DNA of 64,000 nucleotides from Nitrososphaerales archaeon (GTDB taxonomy: Archaea; Thermoproteota; Nitrososphaeria; Nitrososphaerales; UBA213): contig CBDAOC010000020.1 in NCBI GenBank assembly GCA_965197925.1, positions 896,001 through 960,000 of the forward strand. The letters run 5' to 3'. Both the position numbers and the translations under genes were made by a program. The notes below the pieces were generated by a model. The model was given only the letters and a program-made list of their open reading frames with translations. It was not told where the DNA came from and made no database searches. Shown here piece after piece: positions 24,856 to 35,905 of the stretch. Within the stretch, counting starts at the first letter, position 1, and each line of letters begins with the position of its first letter.

Positions 24856-25645
24856 TCATGCAGAATTGGGAATAATAGGAGGTACGGGGGGTTACCAACC
24901 GGATTTATTTACGAACAAGAAGGAGGTAAAAGTTTATACTCCTTTTGGAGAACCTTCAGATTTCATAACTTTAGGGACCTATGCTAGAAGAACTCTTGCA
25001 TTCCTACCTAGACATGGGAGAGGTCATAGATTACCCCCCCACAAGATCAATTCAAGAGCGAATATATGGGCTCTAAAAAAATTGGGTGTCACAAGAATAC
25101 TTGCGCCAGCAGCTGTTGGCAGCATGGCGATACGACTGAAGCCGGGCCATGTAGTCATACCGGATCAGTTTGTAGATTTTACGAAATCAAGAAAGTATTC
25201 GTTTTACGACGGGGGTGAGGTGTGTCATGTTTCTCTAGCAGATCCCTTTTGTCCGGAGCTTAGAAATTTCGCAACCAAGACTGCGAAATCTCTCAAAATG
25301 AATTTTCAGAACAAAGCTACATACGTTTGCATAGAAGGGCCTCGATTTTCCACTAGAGCTGAATCCAGATTCTTCAAAGATTATGTTAAAGCAGATATCA
25401 TAGGCATGACCGTAGTGCCCGAATGCGTGTTAGCACGAGAGGCTGAAATTTGCTATCTTTCAATTGCAACAATCACTGATTATGATGTATGGGCTGAGAA
25501 ACCAGTAAGTTCAAAAGAAGTTCTAGAAACGCTTCGAAAGAATACTCAAAATATAAAAAAATTATTATCTGAACTTATTCCAAAGATTCCAATTCAAAGG
25601 AAAAGGTGTGAATGCGGCAAAGCGTTAGAGGATGCTAAGCTTTAG
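24848..25645 (+). CDS. mtnP: 5'-methylthioadenosine phosphorylase
   Basis: GIIGGTG, TPFG.PSD, RHGRGH, EGPRFSTRAES, TDYD. Confidence 0.93.
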   Translation: MIDHAELGIIGGTGGYQPDLFTNKKEVKVYTPFGEPSDFITLGTYARRTLAFLPRHGRGHRLPPHKINSRANIWALKKLGVTRILAPAAVGSMAIRLKPGHVVIPDQFVDFTKSRKYSFYDGGEVCHVSLADPFCPELRNFATKTAKSLKMNFQNKATYVCIEGPRFSTRAESRFFKDYVKADIIGMTVVPECVLAREAEICYLSIATITDYDVWAEKPVSSKEVLETLRKNTQNIKKLLSELIPKIPIQRKRCECGKALEDAKL

Positions 25646-25650
25646 AATTT

Positions 25651-25938
25651 TTAGGAATTTATCTCATCTTTTCTTGTCTCAGGCATTATCATATCCCCCA
25701 GGATTATTTTTCTTTGTACTCTTACTATAAGCTCTTCGGGGTCTATACCCAACTTCCTCAAATTCTCTTCATTCTTCTTTGCGATCTTCACATTTATGTT
25801 GTGCCCACCAATTCTCCCAAAAGCAATGGCCTTGAACCTTATCGTTTGTCCTCTGAATGTAAAATATCCGTTAACTTTGCTCGCAATCGCACCAGGGGTA
25901 CTACTAGAAATGTATATTGTAATATCAGCATCACTCAA
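25651..25938 (-). CDS. Conserved hypothetical protein
   Basis: Clean ORF in a minus-strand run; AIAFGRIGGHN motif. Confidence 0.7.
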   Translation of the reverse strand: MSDADITIYISSSTPGAIASKVNGYFTFRGQTIRFKAIAFGRIGGHNINVKIAKKNEENLRKLGIDPEELIVRVQRKIILGDMIMPETRKDEINS

Positions 25939-26330
25939 TCGATCTCAATCTCCTTGTTTATTGATTCGTCCACTAATACCGTCCAATGTTTGTCATTCTT
26001 AACCCTGTAGTTCTCTATGATGAATGAAACTTCTTTATCTATGCATGAGTGTTTTATCTCGCCTTCCTTCTTTATCCGAATCAGGGCCCATCTAGCCTTA
26101 TCTATGTTCAAACTACAGATGAGAATTGCCCATCGTTCATATGGACCTATGTTAGGCATGCCTATTTCTGAGGAAATATCAAGAATGCCTAACTGTTTTT
26201 CCTCACAGAAAATTTGCTTGCATCTAACACATCTCCATGCATCAATAGCACCAACTGTTTGGTTCTGGTATCTTAGGTTTACAACACCAAAATACACATT
26301 TTGATGGTCGCATTGCATAATGATCGCCAT
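25935..26330 (-). CDS. Hypothetical Cys-rich (Zn-binding?) protein
   Basis: C.H..VYFG, WRC..CKQIFCEE; coupled with neighbours. Confidence 0.7.
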   Translation of the reverse strand: MAIIMQCDHQNVYFGVVNLRYQNQTVGAIDAWRCVRCKQIFCEEKQLGILDISSEIGMPNIGPYERWAILICSLNIDKARWALIRIKKEGEIKHSCIDKEVSFIIENYRVKNDKHWTVLVDESINKEIEID

Positions 26331-26338
26331 AACAACCT

Positions 26339-26710
26339 CTATTTGGTTCTCACATCTTGATATGGCTTTTCCAATATGGTAGCAATTTGATCAACTGTTT
26401 TGTTTCTCTTCACTTCCTTATTCGCAGTATGACACATCATCCTATACATATTGGTAATAGCAAATCGTGGATTTAACGCTTCAATTTCACCATCCATTTC
26501 AATACAGGTACCCTTGTCGATCAATCCTGTTATAGCCTTTTCCGTAGCAATCATATCCAACGCAGTGTAAAAAGCAATTTTAGCATTGCGCATTTTACCT
26601 CTTTGAAGCAATATCATGTAGATCTTTGCTTCTTCTCTTGAAATATTAAGTTCAGATACCATCACATTTTCCATAGTCTTAACATTGAACATTGTTCTAT
26701 CTCCATTCAA
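26339..26710 (-). CDS. TrmB-like winged-helix protein
   Basis: L.IS.EEAKIY..LL..G, ALNPRFAI. Confidence 0.7.
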   Translation of the reverse strand: MNGDRTMFNVKTMENVMVSELNISREEAKIYMILLQRGKMRNAKIAFYTALDMIATEKAITGLIDKGTCIEMDGEIEALNPRFAITNMYRMMCHTANKEVKRNKTVDQIATILEKPYQDVRTK

Positions 26711-27262
26711 TAATTAAAGTTCCTTATTGCTATCTTATAAATGGAGTTATTAAAGTCGAAGCTAGAGTGAGTTAAATAATAATAATACCCCGGATTTTAT
26801 TAAATTGCTTTTAGGCATAAACGGGAATTCCTGAGTAGCTTATTTACATTATTTCTAGAGATTATGAAAACAATAATTGATCACTGTTGGTGTATATCAA
26901 TGGCAGGAGAATGGATCAAGAACGAGGAAATTAGTAAACCCTCATAAATTTAAGATTTAATAAAGTATGTTTATAGTAATAATATTATAGCAATAAAAGT
27001 ATCCACCTGCTTCTCAGGAACATATTTTAGAGGAATTTCTTATTAACTATCACCATTTTTATACACTTGAAATAAACATTCCATTATCCAGTAACAAAAT
27101 TAGGTTAAATAGGTTTACAGGTCAAAAGTTGATTCAAAGATTGTAGGAAATTGATTAAACCTCCATAGTAATTTGGAGGCTGAAATTATTCTACTATTGG
27201 TAAAACTGATTTTAAGGGTTTATAAGTATCAAAGTCCAAAAAATGAAATTAGACTGATCTAT

Positions 27263-27724
27263 ATGGCCAGATACAAGAGACGTTATGCATATGACCAATC
27301 CCTTGATCTTGTAGTGCCGTTACTAGTTTTACTTTTTCTTGGAGTGATGTATGCGATGGTTATTCGTACAGAACAGAGTTATGCTGGTTTTATACTATTG
27401 GCTATAGCCTCTATTTTTATGGTATATTGGATAAGAGAGCTTAAGAAAATGGCTAAAACAGAAGAACTTAGAGTAATACCAAAAGAGATAGAGGAAAAGA
27501 CATGGGTTTATGACTTGATCAAAGGGAATCAAGAACTTGTGTTCGTGGCAGAAGTACCAGGACCAGAAGATCAAGTAACCGTTAGATTGATCAGTGGGAT
27601 ACTGTATATAAGGGGGGGGCAAGGATTTGCAAGAGACGTACAGCTCGACGTAACCGAAAACATGGGGATTGCTGAATTTAGATATAGAAATGGTGTTCTA
27701 ACTTTGAAGATAAGAAAAATCTAA
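27263..27724 (+). CDS. Membrane-anchored Hsp20/alpha-crystallin-like protein
   Basis: Two N-terminal TM helices; VAEVPGP...YRNGVL. Confidence 0.75.
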   Translation: MARYKRRYAYDQSLDLVVPLLVLLFLGVMYAMVIRTEQSYAGFILLAIASIFMVYWIRELKKMAKTEELRVIPKEIEEKTWVYDLIKGNQELVFVAEVPGPEDQVTVRLISGILYIRGGQGFARDVQLDVTENMGIAEFRYRNGVLTLKIRKI

Positions 27725-28794
27725 TCCATACTAGTTGCCATTTCTAATTTCTCTGGTAAGTAATCATCAGTAATTTTCGTCAAGCCATACTTAGAAAAGG
27801 CTTCTAACTCGCTCTTTCTCTTCATCTTTAGAAAGATGTCAAGTTCCCTCTGCCAAATATCCGATTGATACCTTGGATCACGCTTCAATTCATGGCATCT
27901 CTTGATGTCAGCCTCAGTCATTGGATCAGAAGGTAGTTTGTACTTTTGAATGTCACTTGCCCACACTCCTATCCACTTGGCATCAGGCACAGTGAGCTCT
28001 CTCAAATGCGCCGCATTTGCAGAACCTGATTTTATGACCATTGCTATATGTTCACCATAAACATCTCCATCAGCGAGGATGAAAACGTCAAGGTCTAACT
28101 CTTCATGTAATCTTTTCAGCAGAAAGCGAGTGGATCTTGGAGGTTGTCCAGCAGTGTCAACTACAATTGCCTTGAATTTCTTATGTATCTTCTCTTCAAT
28201 AAACCGTGTAAATATACCACCTTTCTCGACTGCAATCACTTTATCTGCTGTAGAGTTAACTAATTCAGCGGTGCTCAAACTTGGTCCAATTAAGTAACCA
28301 TCAGGATGGTCTGATAAATTCAACCGCTTTCCTTCATATCCGGGTACCGTATATTCAATTGTTAGATCACCAAAAACGCTACTCCTCTCTTCAGGATAAA
28401 GGTTGAAGTCTTCCCTTGCCATTGAAATCAGTGCTTCCAAGTCAGTGATAATATGATCAGATTCTGGCTGATCCTCAAAGTCCATACTGAATGCCTGCGC
28501 CGAATAGTAGATATCCCTTAAGGTTGATGTTTTTCCTTCACTTAGCAATTTATTAACAAAAAAGCCCATCCAGATAAGCTGCGTAAACGGTCGCAAATGA
28601 CGCATGTTCTTAGCTGATCTATTCACCACATTCTTCCCGAGAACGTATTGCCTGAGTTTTTTATCATAAACAATATTACTAACAGATCTACTAGGCAAGG
28701 ATACTTCTGGAAATACATCATTATCTAGATCCTCGTAAACCTTGACCCCCAGGTCTTTGAGGAGTTCCTTAACTTTAGCTTTCTTAGCCTTCAT
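27721..28794 (-). CDS. top6A: DNA topoisomerase VI subunit A
   Basis: TLRDIYY, VEK, GQP.R.TR, D.D.YG, KSELEA. Confidence 0.95.
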   Translation of the reverse strand: MKAKKAKVKELLKDLGVKVYEDLDNDVFPEVSLPSRSVSNIVYDKKLRQYVLGKNVVNRSAKNMRHLRPFTQLIWMGFFVNKLLSEGKTSTLRDIYYSAQAFSMDFEDQPESDHIITDLEALISMAREDFNLYPEERSSVFGDLTIEYTVPGYEGKRLNLSDHPDGYLIGPSLSTAELVNSTADKVIAVEKGGIFTRFIEEKIHKKFKAIVVDTAGQPPRSTRFLLKRLHEELDLDVFILADGDVYGEHIAMVIKSGSANAAHLRELTVPDAKWIGVWASDIQKYKLPSDPMTEADIKRCHELKRDPRYQSDIWQRELDIFLKMKRKSELEAFSKYGLTKITDDYLPEKLEMATSMD

Positions 28795-30628
28795 TATTTC
28801 CTTCTTCAACTTCTTCACCCAATTTCAATAATACTTTGTATCGTGGTTGCTTTTTAGCTTTAGCCAACTCCATAGAAAATTGTGCAATCATAGGTATGTA
28901 TTTCGAATATATACCTGCACGTTTCTTCTGCATTGCTAGGTGCCCCTTCTTCGAAAGAAACGCTGCAAGCTTTCTTGCCAGAAACCTTATACCATTCTTA
29001 AGTTCATAATCTATTTCAGCTCTGTCCGCTATATACTCCTTCCCAACTGTCTTGTAGGGCACTTTTGTGGAGCAAATATGTGTAACTATTATTAAAGGCG
29101 AGTCTTGACTAACTCTGTATCTAGGCCAGTCAACCTCTTCTATTGCCTTCAACGCAACATCACTCCCTTCATCGTAGAGCAACGGTATCCGGTTTGCAAA
29201 TCTGTAGAGATTTATCGATTTTGATTTGATTTCTCCACCATAAGCCATACCCATCTCTACTATGAAGGGAAATCCTGAATACGCAGAAGGTGGCCTCTGT
29301 ACCGTAGCTACAAATTCCGGGTTAAAGATCTTCCTTATGCCTACTTCTAGCAATTTGTCTCCCAAGGGTGCGAGACAGGTAGCATCAGGAGCAAGAAATT
29401 TTGGGTATCGTTGCATAGCATCCGCAAGTGTTACAATTTCATCATTAGAAAGAGTACCAACTTTCTTTCTACTATCAATCTCAGTAAAATCCATGAACTT
29501 CCTTGCAATACTTGGTCCCACCCTCTGGAAGTTTTTGTTCATAAAATCCACAACGAAATCCCCTTCAACTAAAGATGAAAGGTGTTTAAAGAAAGGTGAA
29601 ATTTTTTTAAGTTTAATTGTATGATAGTTCTCGTCAAGTAATGTAATGAATGATATCTTCGAATTTGGAATATCAACGCTATCAATACGAACCTTTTCAA
29701 GGTCATCCAAATTTATTTCTAATAAGACTACAAGTGATGCCGCAGTCCTTACAGTTTGGGATAATTTTGACCAGCGTTTCTTTGCAAGATCAGCCACAGT
29801 TACTGCACTCTGGTTTATTCTTTCCGCTCCAAGCTCTTTCTTCAAACGTTCTTTCATATCTTCACCGAAGGACGGTGGAGTATTATATTCCCTGCTTATC
29901 AACCTCCGCAATGTTTCAACATCAACACCTGTTGGGTGCGGTTGGATCTCTACAGGTGGAGGTGGTATTATTTTCGTTATTCGTTTAAATGAGGTCCTAT
30001 TGCCAGCAGGATCCAGCCACGAAATATTTGCATATGGAGTGATAAGCGCTGTCTGTGCTACATACTCCCGTATCTTGTTGTGTGCTTTACCAAAATCTCC
30101 TTCAAGTGTAATGCTTACGGATAAACCCCTAAAACCGTTTGCATTCATTTTTGTTTTATTAAGTATCATCGGTCTGTTACGCTGAATATCAAGCTGCAAT
30201 ATGTATTCGTACATCTTGCTGTTTTGCGTTGTTTTAATCGTGACAGGCTTGTTAGTGGTGATCTGTCCGTACAAAATTGCCATTGTAGCACCAAGGCCAA
30301 ACATCCCTCTTGCTTGTCTGAGTGTAAATTTCGTGCCATAAAGGACCTTACCGAATGCCATAGGGACATAATCTGCTGCTATACCTGGACCATTATCGGT
30401 TACAGTAATAGTGTATTGCTGCGGGTCTATATCCTCCTTCTCTACAGTTTTTATCGAGATCGTAATGTGTGGCAATATCTTATTGTGATCACAAGCATCC
30501 AATGAATTTTCCACAAGCTCCCTAACAGCCATATACAAAGCTCTTGATGGATTGCTAAATCCAGCAAGATCCCTATTTCTATAAAAAAACTCACTCGGTG
30601 ATATCTCGCTAAATGTTGTTTGACTCAT
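28784..30628 (-). CDS. top6B: DNA topoisomerase VI subunit B
   Basis: EFFYRN, ELVENSLDA, DNGPGI, QARG.FGLG, RFANRIPL. Confidence 0.95.
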   Translation of the reverse strand: MSQTTFSEISPSEFFYRNRDLAGFSNPSRALYMAVRELVENSLDACDHNKILPHITISIKTVEKEDIDPQQYTITVTDNGPGIAADYVPMAFGKVLYGTKFTLRQARGMFGLGATMAILYGQITTNKPVTIKTTQNSKMYEYILQLDIQRNRPMILNKTKMNANGFRGLSVSITLEGDFGKAHNKIREYVAQTALITPYANISWLDPAGNRTSFKRITKIIPPPPVEIQPHPTGVDVETLRRLISREYNTPPSFGEDMKERLKKELGAERINQSAVTVADLAKKRWSKLSQTVRTAASLVVLLEINLDDLEKVRIDSVDIPNSKISFITLLDENYHTIKLKKISPFFKHLSSLVEGDFVVDFMNKNFQRVGPSIARKFMDFTEIDSRKKVGTLSNDEIVTLADAMQRYPKFLAPDATCLAPLGDKLLEVGIRKIFNPEFVATVQRPPSAYSGFPFIVEMGMAYGGEIKSKSINLYRFANRIPLLYDEGSDVALKAIEEVDWPRYRVSQDSPLIIVTHICSTKVPYKTVGKEYIADRAEIDYELKNGIRFLARKLAAFLSKKGHLAMQKKRAGIYSKYIPMIAQFSMELAKAKKQPRYKVLLKLGEEVEEGNNEG

Positions 30629-31190
30629 AATCAACATCCTCCCATAGTTTTATACGTTCCAACTTATCACGCCTTTTTTCTTCTTGCAACATGTTATATA
30701 CTGACTTGTGCATGCTACCTCTTGCGAGCATAGTAACAGCTTCATTTGCTAGTCTTACCTCCCCAGGCATGCCGATCATCGCAACTGAGTGACCGTATAT
30801 AGATATGTATGCGCCGCTTAGTTCTTCCATGATTTTTCTTGCTTTGCCATTTACTCCAATGATCCTCCCTTTTATTCTTTCCAGAGCATTACTTGATTTG
30901 CCAGAATAATCCTTAAGATCTTTAACATGCAACATAACTTCTACATCGAGTAACCTGTTTGCTCTCTGTGGAGAAAATCCCTTCCCTATTGCAGTAACAA
31001 TTTCCACTGCTTTAAATGGTAGCATTTCTTCTGGATTCCCTGCATTTCTAATAGTAACATCACCATAATCACTATCTATCTCTAACTTTACCCCGCAGGA
31101 TTTCTCGATTTTATCCTTTACTTTGCCTCCCTTCCCAATAAGTGCACCCATACGATCTTTATGTACCTTCACAGTATGCATGAAACTCAA
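30609..31190 (-). CDS. KH-domain pre-rRNA processing protein Dim2/Pno1
   Basis: GALIGKGG, GFSP..A, KGRIIG..GK. Confidence 0.9.
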   Translation of the reverse strand: MSFMHTVKVHKDRMGALIGKGGKVKDKIEKSCGVKLEIDSDYGDVTIRNAGNPEEMLPFKAVEIVTAIGKGFSPQRANRLLDVEVMLHVKDLKDYSGKSSNALERIKGRIIGVNGKARKIMEELSGAYISIYGHSVAMIGMPGEVRLANEAVTMLARGSMHKSVYNMLQEEKRRDKLERIKLWEDVDYESNNI

Positions 31191-31972
31191 ACTTTCTTCA
31201 CCACCTTCATTGCTTTCTCGGATTCATATACATCAATTCCTTTTTTATTAAAAAACCTGTTTATGTTTGCCAAGTCACGCATAAGGAAATTTTCTGCATT
31301 CGGATGTAATACGCTAACAGCGGAACCGAAATCGAATAACATTGGTTTATTTTTGTGAAGGAAGATATTATACTCCGAAAGATCAGCATGAACAAGTTTT
31401 GCCTTGTAGAGTCTTGATACGGTCTTTAGTATATCCAAATAATATTTTCGCTCGATCTTACATAGATTCAATGTGGGTGTGGGAATGCCATCTTCCTCAA
31501 TGAACTCCATTACAAGTACGTTGCCCTTCACGTATATGGGCTTTGGAACTGGAACTTTCGCATAATAAGCTGTCCTAAGATTCTTAAATTCTTTCTTAGC
31601 CCAAATGTTAACTATATTTCGTATACCTTTTCTAGAAACACCAAACCTTGGGTCGCCTGCAATATATTGTGATCTATGTCTAAATTCAGAACTTGTGACC
31701 GTGTAAATCTTCACAGCAACATTTGTATTCTTAGCAGTGACACCAGCGTAAACCCCAGATTCTTTTCCGCTTGCAATCACGCCGTTAAGGTAACGGAAAA
31801 CACCTGCGTTCATTATATGGTTGAGAATCATCAACGTAGATTTATCAAAAACTTCTTCAAAGACAGAGCGATCGGATTTTTGGTTCATTCCCATCCTTTG
31901 CTCCTTATCAACTTTGTTAAGATTCTGCGTAACCTTTCTAATTATCCTCTCAGGCATTTCTTCATCACTCAT
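31187..31972 (-). CDS. rio1: RIO1 Ser/Thr kinase
   Basis: SGKES, AVKIY, WAKKEF.NL, LVHADLSEYN, DFG. Confidence 0.93.
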   Translation of the reverse strand: MSDEEMPERIIRKVTQNLNKVDKEQRMGMNQKSDRSVFEEVFDKSTLMILNHIMNAGVFRYLNGVIASGKESGVYAGVTAKNTNVAVKIYTVTSSEFRHRSQYIAGDPRFGVSRKGIRNIVNIWAKKEFKNLRTAYYAKVPVPKPIYVKGNVLVMEFIEEDGIPTPTLNLCKIERKYYLDILKTVSRLYKAKLVHADLSEYNIFLHKNKPMLFDFGSAVSVLHPNAENFLMRDLANINRFFNKKGIDVYESEKAMKVVKKV

Positions 31973-32231
31973 TATGTAACCACCCCCAAATCAACTATGA
32001 AATCAAAGGAAACAATCATTATAGCTATTTACTTCGGTTAGTTATTTAATATTTCACAAAACGAACTATTTCATCAACAATGTTTATTTACGTAATTGTT
32101 TTCCTTGCAGTCAACCTGTAAGAGCATATATCTCCAAACGATATCATCATTCTTAACAATCAAAATCAAGTAGAAGAAAGTATTTTGCCATTTCCCTGAA
32201 TTGCCTAGGGTTCAAATTCTCTCTATCTCAC

Positions 32232-32910
32232 CAACTTAGAGCCTATCCTAAAATTCTATCTGATTGTTAACGATTGGTAGAAATGATAACATTTAGAATG
32301 CAAGAATATTAGTTCAAACTGTCGGGTTTAGTTTTCTTACTATTGATTTTATTAGTATTGTAGATAGTAGATACTAGAAACAGTTGCATTAACGTGTTTA
32401 TGACACTACCAATATATCGCTCTGTACACTATTAGGCAGTTAGCAAATTCTACTAGCGCCTGATAATTTTCCTCTCTCTTCTCGAACCTTACCAATAACT
32501 TTCTGAACCTGTTATGCCAAGATGCGGTTCTTTCTACAACCCATCTCTTTGCTTTGTACAAATTCTTTTTCAACACTTCACCCTTATGACGAATGTGATC
32601 CACGTATCCCCTTCCTAACTCTATACTCTATCTCAGGGAAATCATATCCTATTCATGCATATGTTCTGTTTAACTTGGGCCTATCAACAACAATGCTATC
32701 TATTGTAGGAAAGGCTGATTTCATATCGTGTTTATTTGCTCCAGTAATTACAGATGAGAGAGGAATACTTCTTCTATCAACCAGCATGTGACGTTTGGTA
32801 CCTAGCTTGCCTCTATCCGTTGGGTTTGCTCGGCCGTTTTCCCCCTAATGGGGCCTTCGGTACGCTATCCATGGATTGCCAGTCCCATCCTATACCCTTC
32901 AATTCATCAT
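32232..32910 (-). mobile_element. IS type C (IS5 family), 3' part, truncated by IS type A copy 2
   Basis: Terminal CAACTTAGAGCCTATCCTAAAATT; RWVVERT.SWHNRFRKL; near-identical to 63003-63295. Confidence 0.85.
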
Positions 32911-33790
32911 CAACTCATCTCAAAACTAACCATTTAGACAATTTTTAGTGACCATTTAGATCCATGAATAGCGACATCTAAAATTATTTTATGAAATTCC
33001 AAGAATTATCAGACAAACAGTGGAGTATGATAGAATCACACATACCACCACATGCAAAAACTGGCAGGCCTAGGGATGATGATAGAAAAATCATTAACGG
33101 AATAATCCATGTTCTAACTACTGGATGCCGATGGGACGATATGCCAAAAAGATATGGTGATGATTCTACTGCAAACAGAAGGTTAAACAAATGGCAACAA
33201 AAAGGAATCTGGAAAAAGATTCTATCACGTACTATTCACTCAGCACATAAATCTGGCAAAATTAATCTGCAAAAAATATCAGTTGACTCTTCATCCATTC
33301 CTAATAAAAAAGGGGCGATGTAACTGGATATAATGGATTCAAGAGAATAACAGGTACAAAAATACATGCCGCAGTAGAGAGTAACGGATTTCCAATATCC
33401 ATACTGTTGAGTCCAGCAAATGAACATGACAGTACAAAATGCATGGATGTTACAGGATCAATTTCAGACTATCTTGATGATGATTCAATACAACAGATAG
33501 AACCAGTTTATGCAGACAAAATGATGCAAAATACATCAGAATGTATTTGTGGTTGTGGGATAGAAATATTGCATGTTGCATCCCATACAAAATAAATTCC
33601 AAGTTCATCTTGCAAAATAATGATTGCAAACATTACAGCAAGACAAGATTTGTAGTTGAGAGATTCCTTGCATGGCTCAAGAATGGATTTCACAGAACAA
33701 GAACCAGGTATGAAAGAACGGCAGAAAACTACCTGGCATTTGTTAATCCTGCATCATTTTTGATGTATTGTAGGGTTTTGAGATGAGTTG
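32911..33790 (+). mobile_element. IS type A copy 2, 880 bp
   Basis: Perfect IRs; orfA 32991-33323; orfB frameshifted. Confidence 0.92.
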
Positions 33791-34083
33791 TATATCATAA
33801 AAATAAGATCGCCATATAAAAATTTAGTATATTAATGGAATCTTCCTAAACCGGCAAGATGTATGTGTAACCTATAAGAGAGGGTAAAGTTTTGCACTAG
33901 CAACATCGAACAATTATAAAATTACTAGCAAGTTTGGTTGTAGCATTTGTGGAATTACATTCATTGGCAACAATAACTTTTACATTAAAGTCTGTGGAGG
34001 ATTTCTACTTGGTCATTTTAAGATCATATTAGCCATTCTCAAGAATGCTTATTAGTTGAAACACCATTCAACAAACAACACTC

Positions 34084-34692
34084 ATGAGTGATCATTATAG
34101 TGAGAAAGCTTTTGCAGGGGATCCATCTCAGCCCAAGAGAACACGTAGTGTGAGTTTTAGAATAGATTCGTCAGTTATTGATGAAATACAACGTGAGGCA
34201 GATGGCAAGGAGGTATCTCTTAACGTATTGGTGAACCAAGTTCTAAAGCGATATTCAGATTGGGACATATATGAAAACAAACTAGGCATAATTCCTGTAC
34301 CCAAGGTAATGTTGTCATCATTGATGGAATCAGCGATAACATTAGCTGAAAAGAGTAGAATTAAAGATATTGGTCCATACAGAGACGATATCGTGAAGCA
34401 GGCTGCTGAGTTACCATTCAATGTCATGAAGGATTCAGTATTATATATGAAGAAAGATTTCAACCTCTGGACAGTGCTGCAAGTCCTGCAGGATTACATG
34501 AAGGTATCGGGGATAAATGCTGACCACATGATAGATGGGAAGAAACACATCTTCGTAATAAAACATGAATTGGGCAAAAACTGGTCTCTATTCACAGAAG
34601 AGTTATTGAAAATCATCTTCGAAAGATTGGCCACAGTCAAAATCGAAATCAGTAGTACTACGAATACTACAAGGGCTGAAGTAGTTCTTTAG
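34084..34692 (+). CDS. Ribbon-helix-helix N-terminal domain protein (putative regulator)
   Basis: SVSFRID..V...I..EA....SLN.LVNQ.L.RY; IKHELG.NWS. Confidence 0.7.
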   Translation: MSDHYSEKAFAGDPSQPKRTRSVSFRIDSSVIDEIQREADGKEVSLNVLVNQVLKRYSDWDIYENKLGIIPVPKVMLSSLMESAITLAEKSRIKDIGPYRDDIVKQAAELPFNVMKDSVLYMKKDFNLWTVLQVLQDYMKVSGINADHMIDGKKHIFVIKHELGKNWSLFTEELLKIIFERLATVKIEISSTTNTTRAEVVL

Positions 34693-34724
34693 GTAATACT
34701 ATATTTTCTGAACGTTGAGAGGAT

Positions 34725-35132
34725 TCAAATAAAGTGAATAAGTAGAGCCTTTATCTTTCCTTTCTTTGAGTCAAAGGCCTCGATAGTATTAGAATTGGAA
34801 ACAGAATCAATTTCAAATGTAAATCTTCCTTTCAATTTGTCTCCTTTTTCAAATGTGGCCAATGCAGTAATTGGGCTCGAATATCCATTTTTTCCCCTCT
34901 CGATGACAATACTCTGTGTTAGACTGTCACTAGCCATCATCACAACCGTAAGAAAAGACTCGATGGCTGGTTTGCCCCTTATGTCATCAATCTTACTGAA
35001 TGGCTCGTAAATAACGGCATCATCCTTAAACAGATCTAACAGATTATGAATATTCTTCTCCTTAACCAGTCTAAAATACTCATAGATTAGGTCTACTCCT
35101 CTCACTCCATCTCCATCCTTTGGTTCATTCAT
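34725..35132 (-). CDS. SnoaL/NTF2-like protein
   Basis: LLDLF.DDAVIYEPF...RGK.AI..F...GKI. Confidence 0.75.
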   Translation of the reverse strand: MNEPKDGDGVRGVDLIYEYFRLVKEKNIHNLLDLFKDDAVIYEPFSKIDDIRGKPAIESFLTVVMMASDSLTQSIVIERGKNGYSSPITALATFEKGDKLKGRFTFEIDSVSNSNTIEAFDSKKGKIKALLIHFI

Positions 35133-35279
35133 GAATTATCATATCTTCTCCTACATTATTAATGAATTACTTCAGTAATTATTTTAGATAAATTGTATGG
35201 ATGCAGTGTCTTGCAAAGAATGCATTTACATGTGAATATACATTTTGAAGACCCGCTTCCTAAATAATGTGGAGAGACT

Positions 35280-35741
35280 ATGTGGAATATGGATTCTATG
35301 TTGTCAGAATTGATGTATGAAGTTCAGGTATCATCATGTGCTCAAACAACAGCACTAGAGTATGAAGGTGATCAACAAATACAAGGAATTGTAAATTCTA
35401 TAAGGCAACGCGATCTGCTGAAGGCCTTGGGAGATGATTGCGCAAGACCAGTACTATTGACAATAATAAATGAATCCAAATCGGCCATGGAAATATCCAG
35501 AGAGATATGTTTCCTTATCAGTACTGTATATAGAAAGATTCATTGGTTAGAAAAAGCTAATTTGGTGAAGCAAAAGGGTTTCGTGATATCAGGCGATGGC
35601 AAGAAGTACCGCCGTTATCAGAGTAGGATCAACACCGTACAAGTGTCACTCACAAATAACAAGATTAATGTAGATTTTAAAATCAATTATGATATTAAAA
35701 GAGATATCCCAACAAAATCACTACAAGAAATTATAACATAG
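35280..35741 (+). CDS. ArsR-like winged-helix regulator
   Basis: LKALGD...R.VL, KSAMEIS, STVYRKI..L, DGKK...Y. Confidence 0.75.
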   Translation: MWNMDSMLSELMYEVQVSSCAQTTALEYEGDQQIQGIVNSIRQRDLLKALGDDCARPVLLTIINESKSAMEISREICFLISTVYRKIHWLEKANLVKQKGFVISGDGKKYRRYQSRINTVQVSLTNNKINVDFKINYDIKRDIPTKSLQEIIT

Positions 35742-35905
35742 TCTTGTTTCAGTGGAGAGAATTCTTACTCATTTTTTATTTCTTTTTTTAATATTTAGTT
35801 GTTGTTTCATTTATTCATTATTAATCGAAGATCTTGATAAGGGATTCTACAATTGAAGAATTCCAATTTGGCGGTTAACATAAATGAGGGGGATTAAGAT
35901 ACAGC

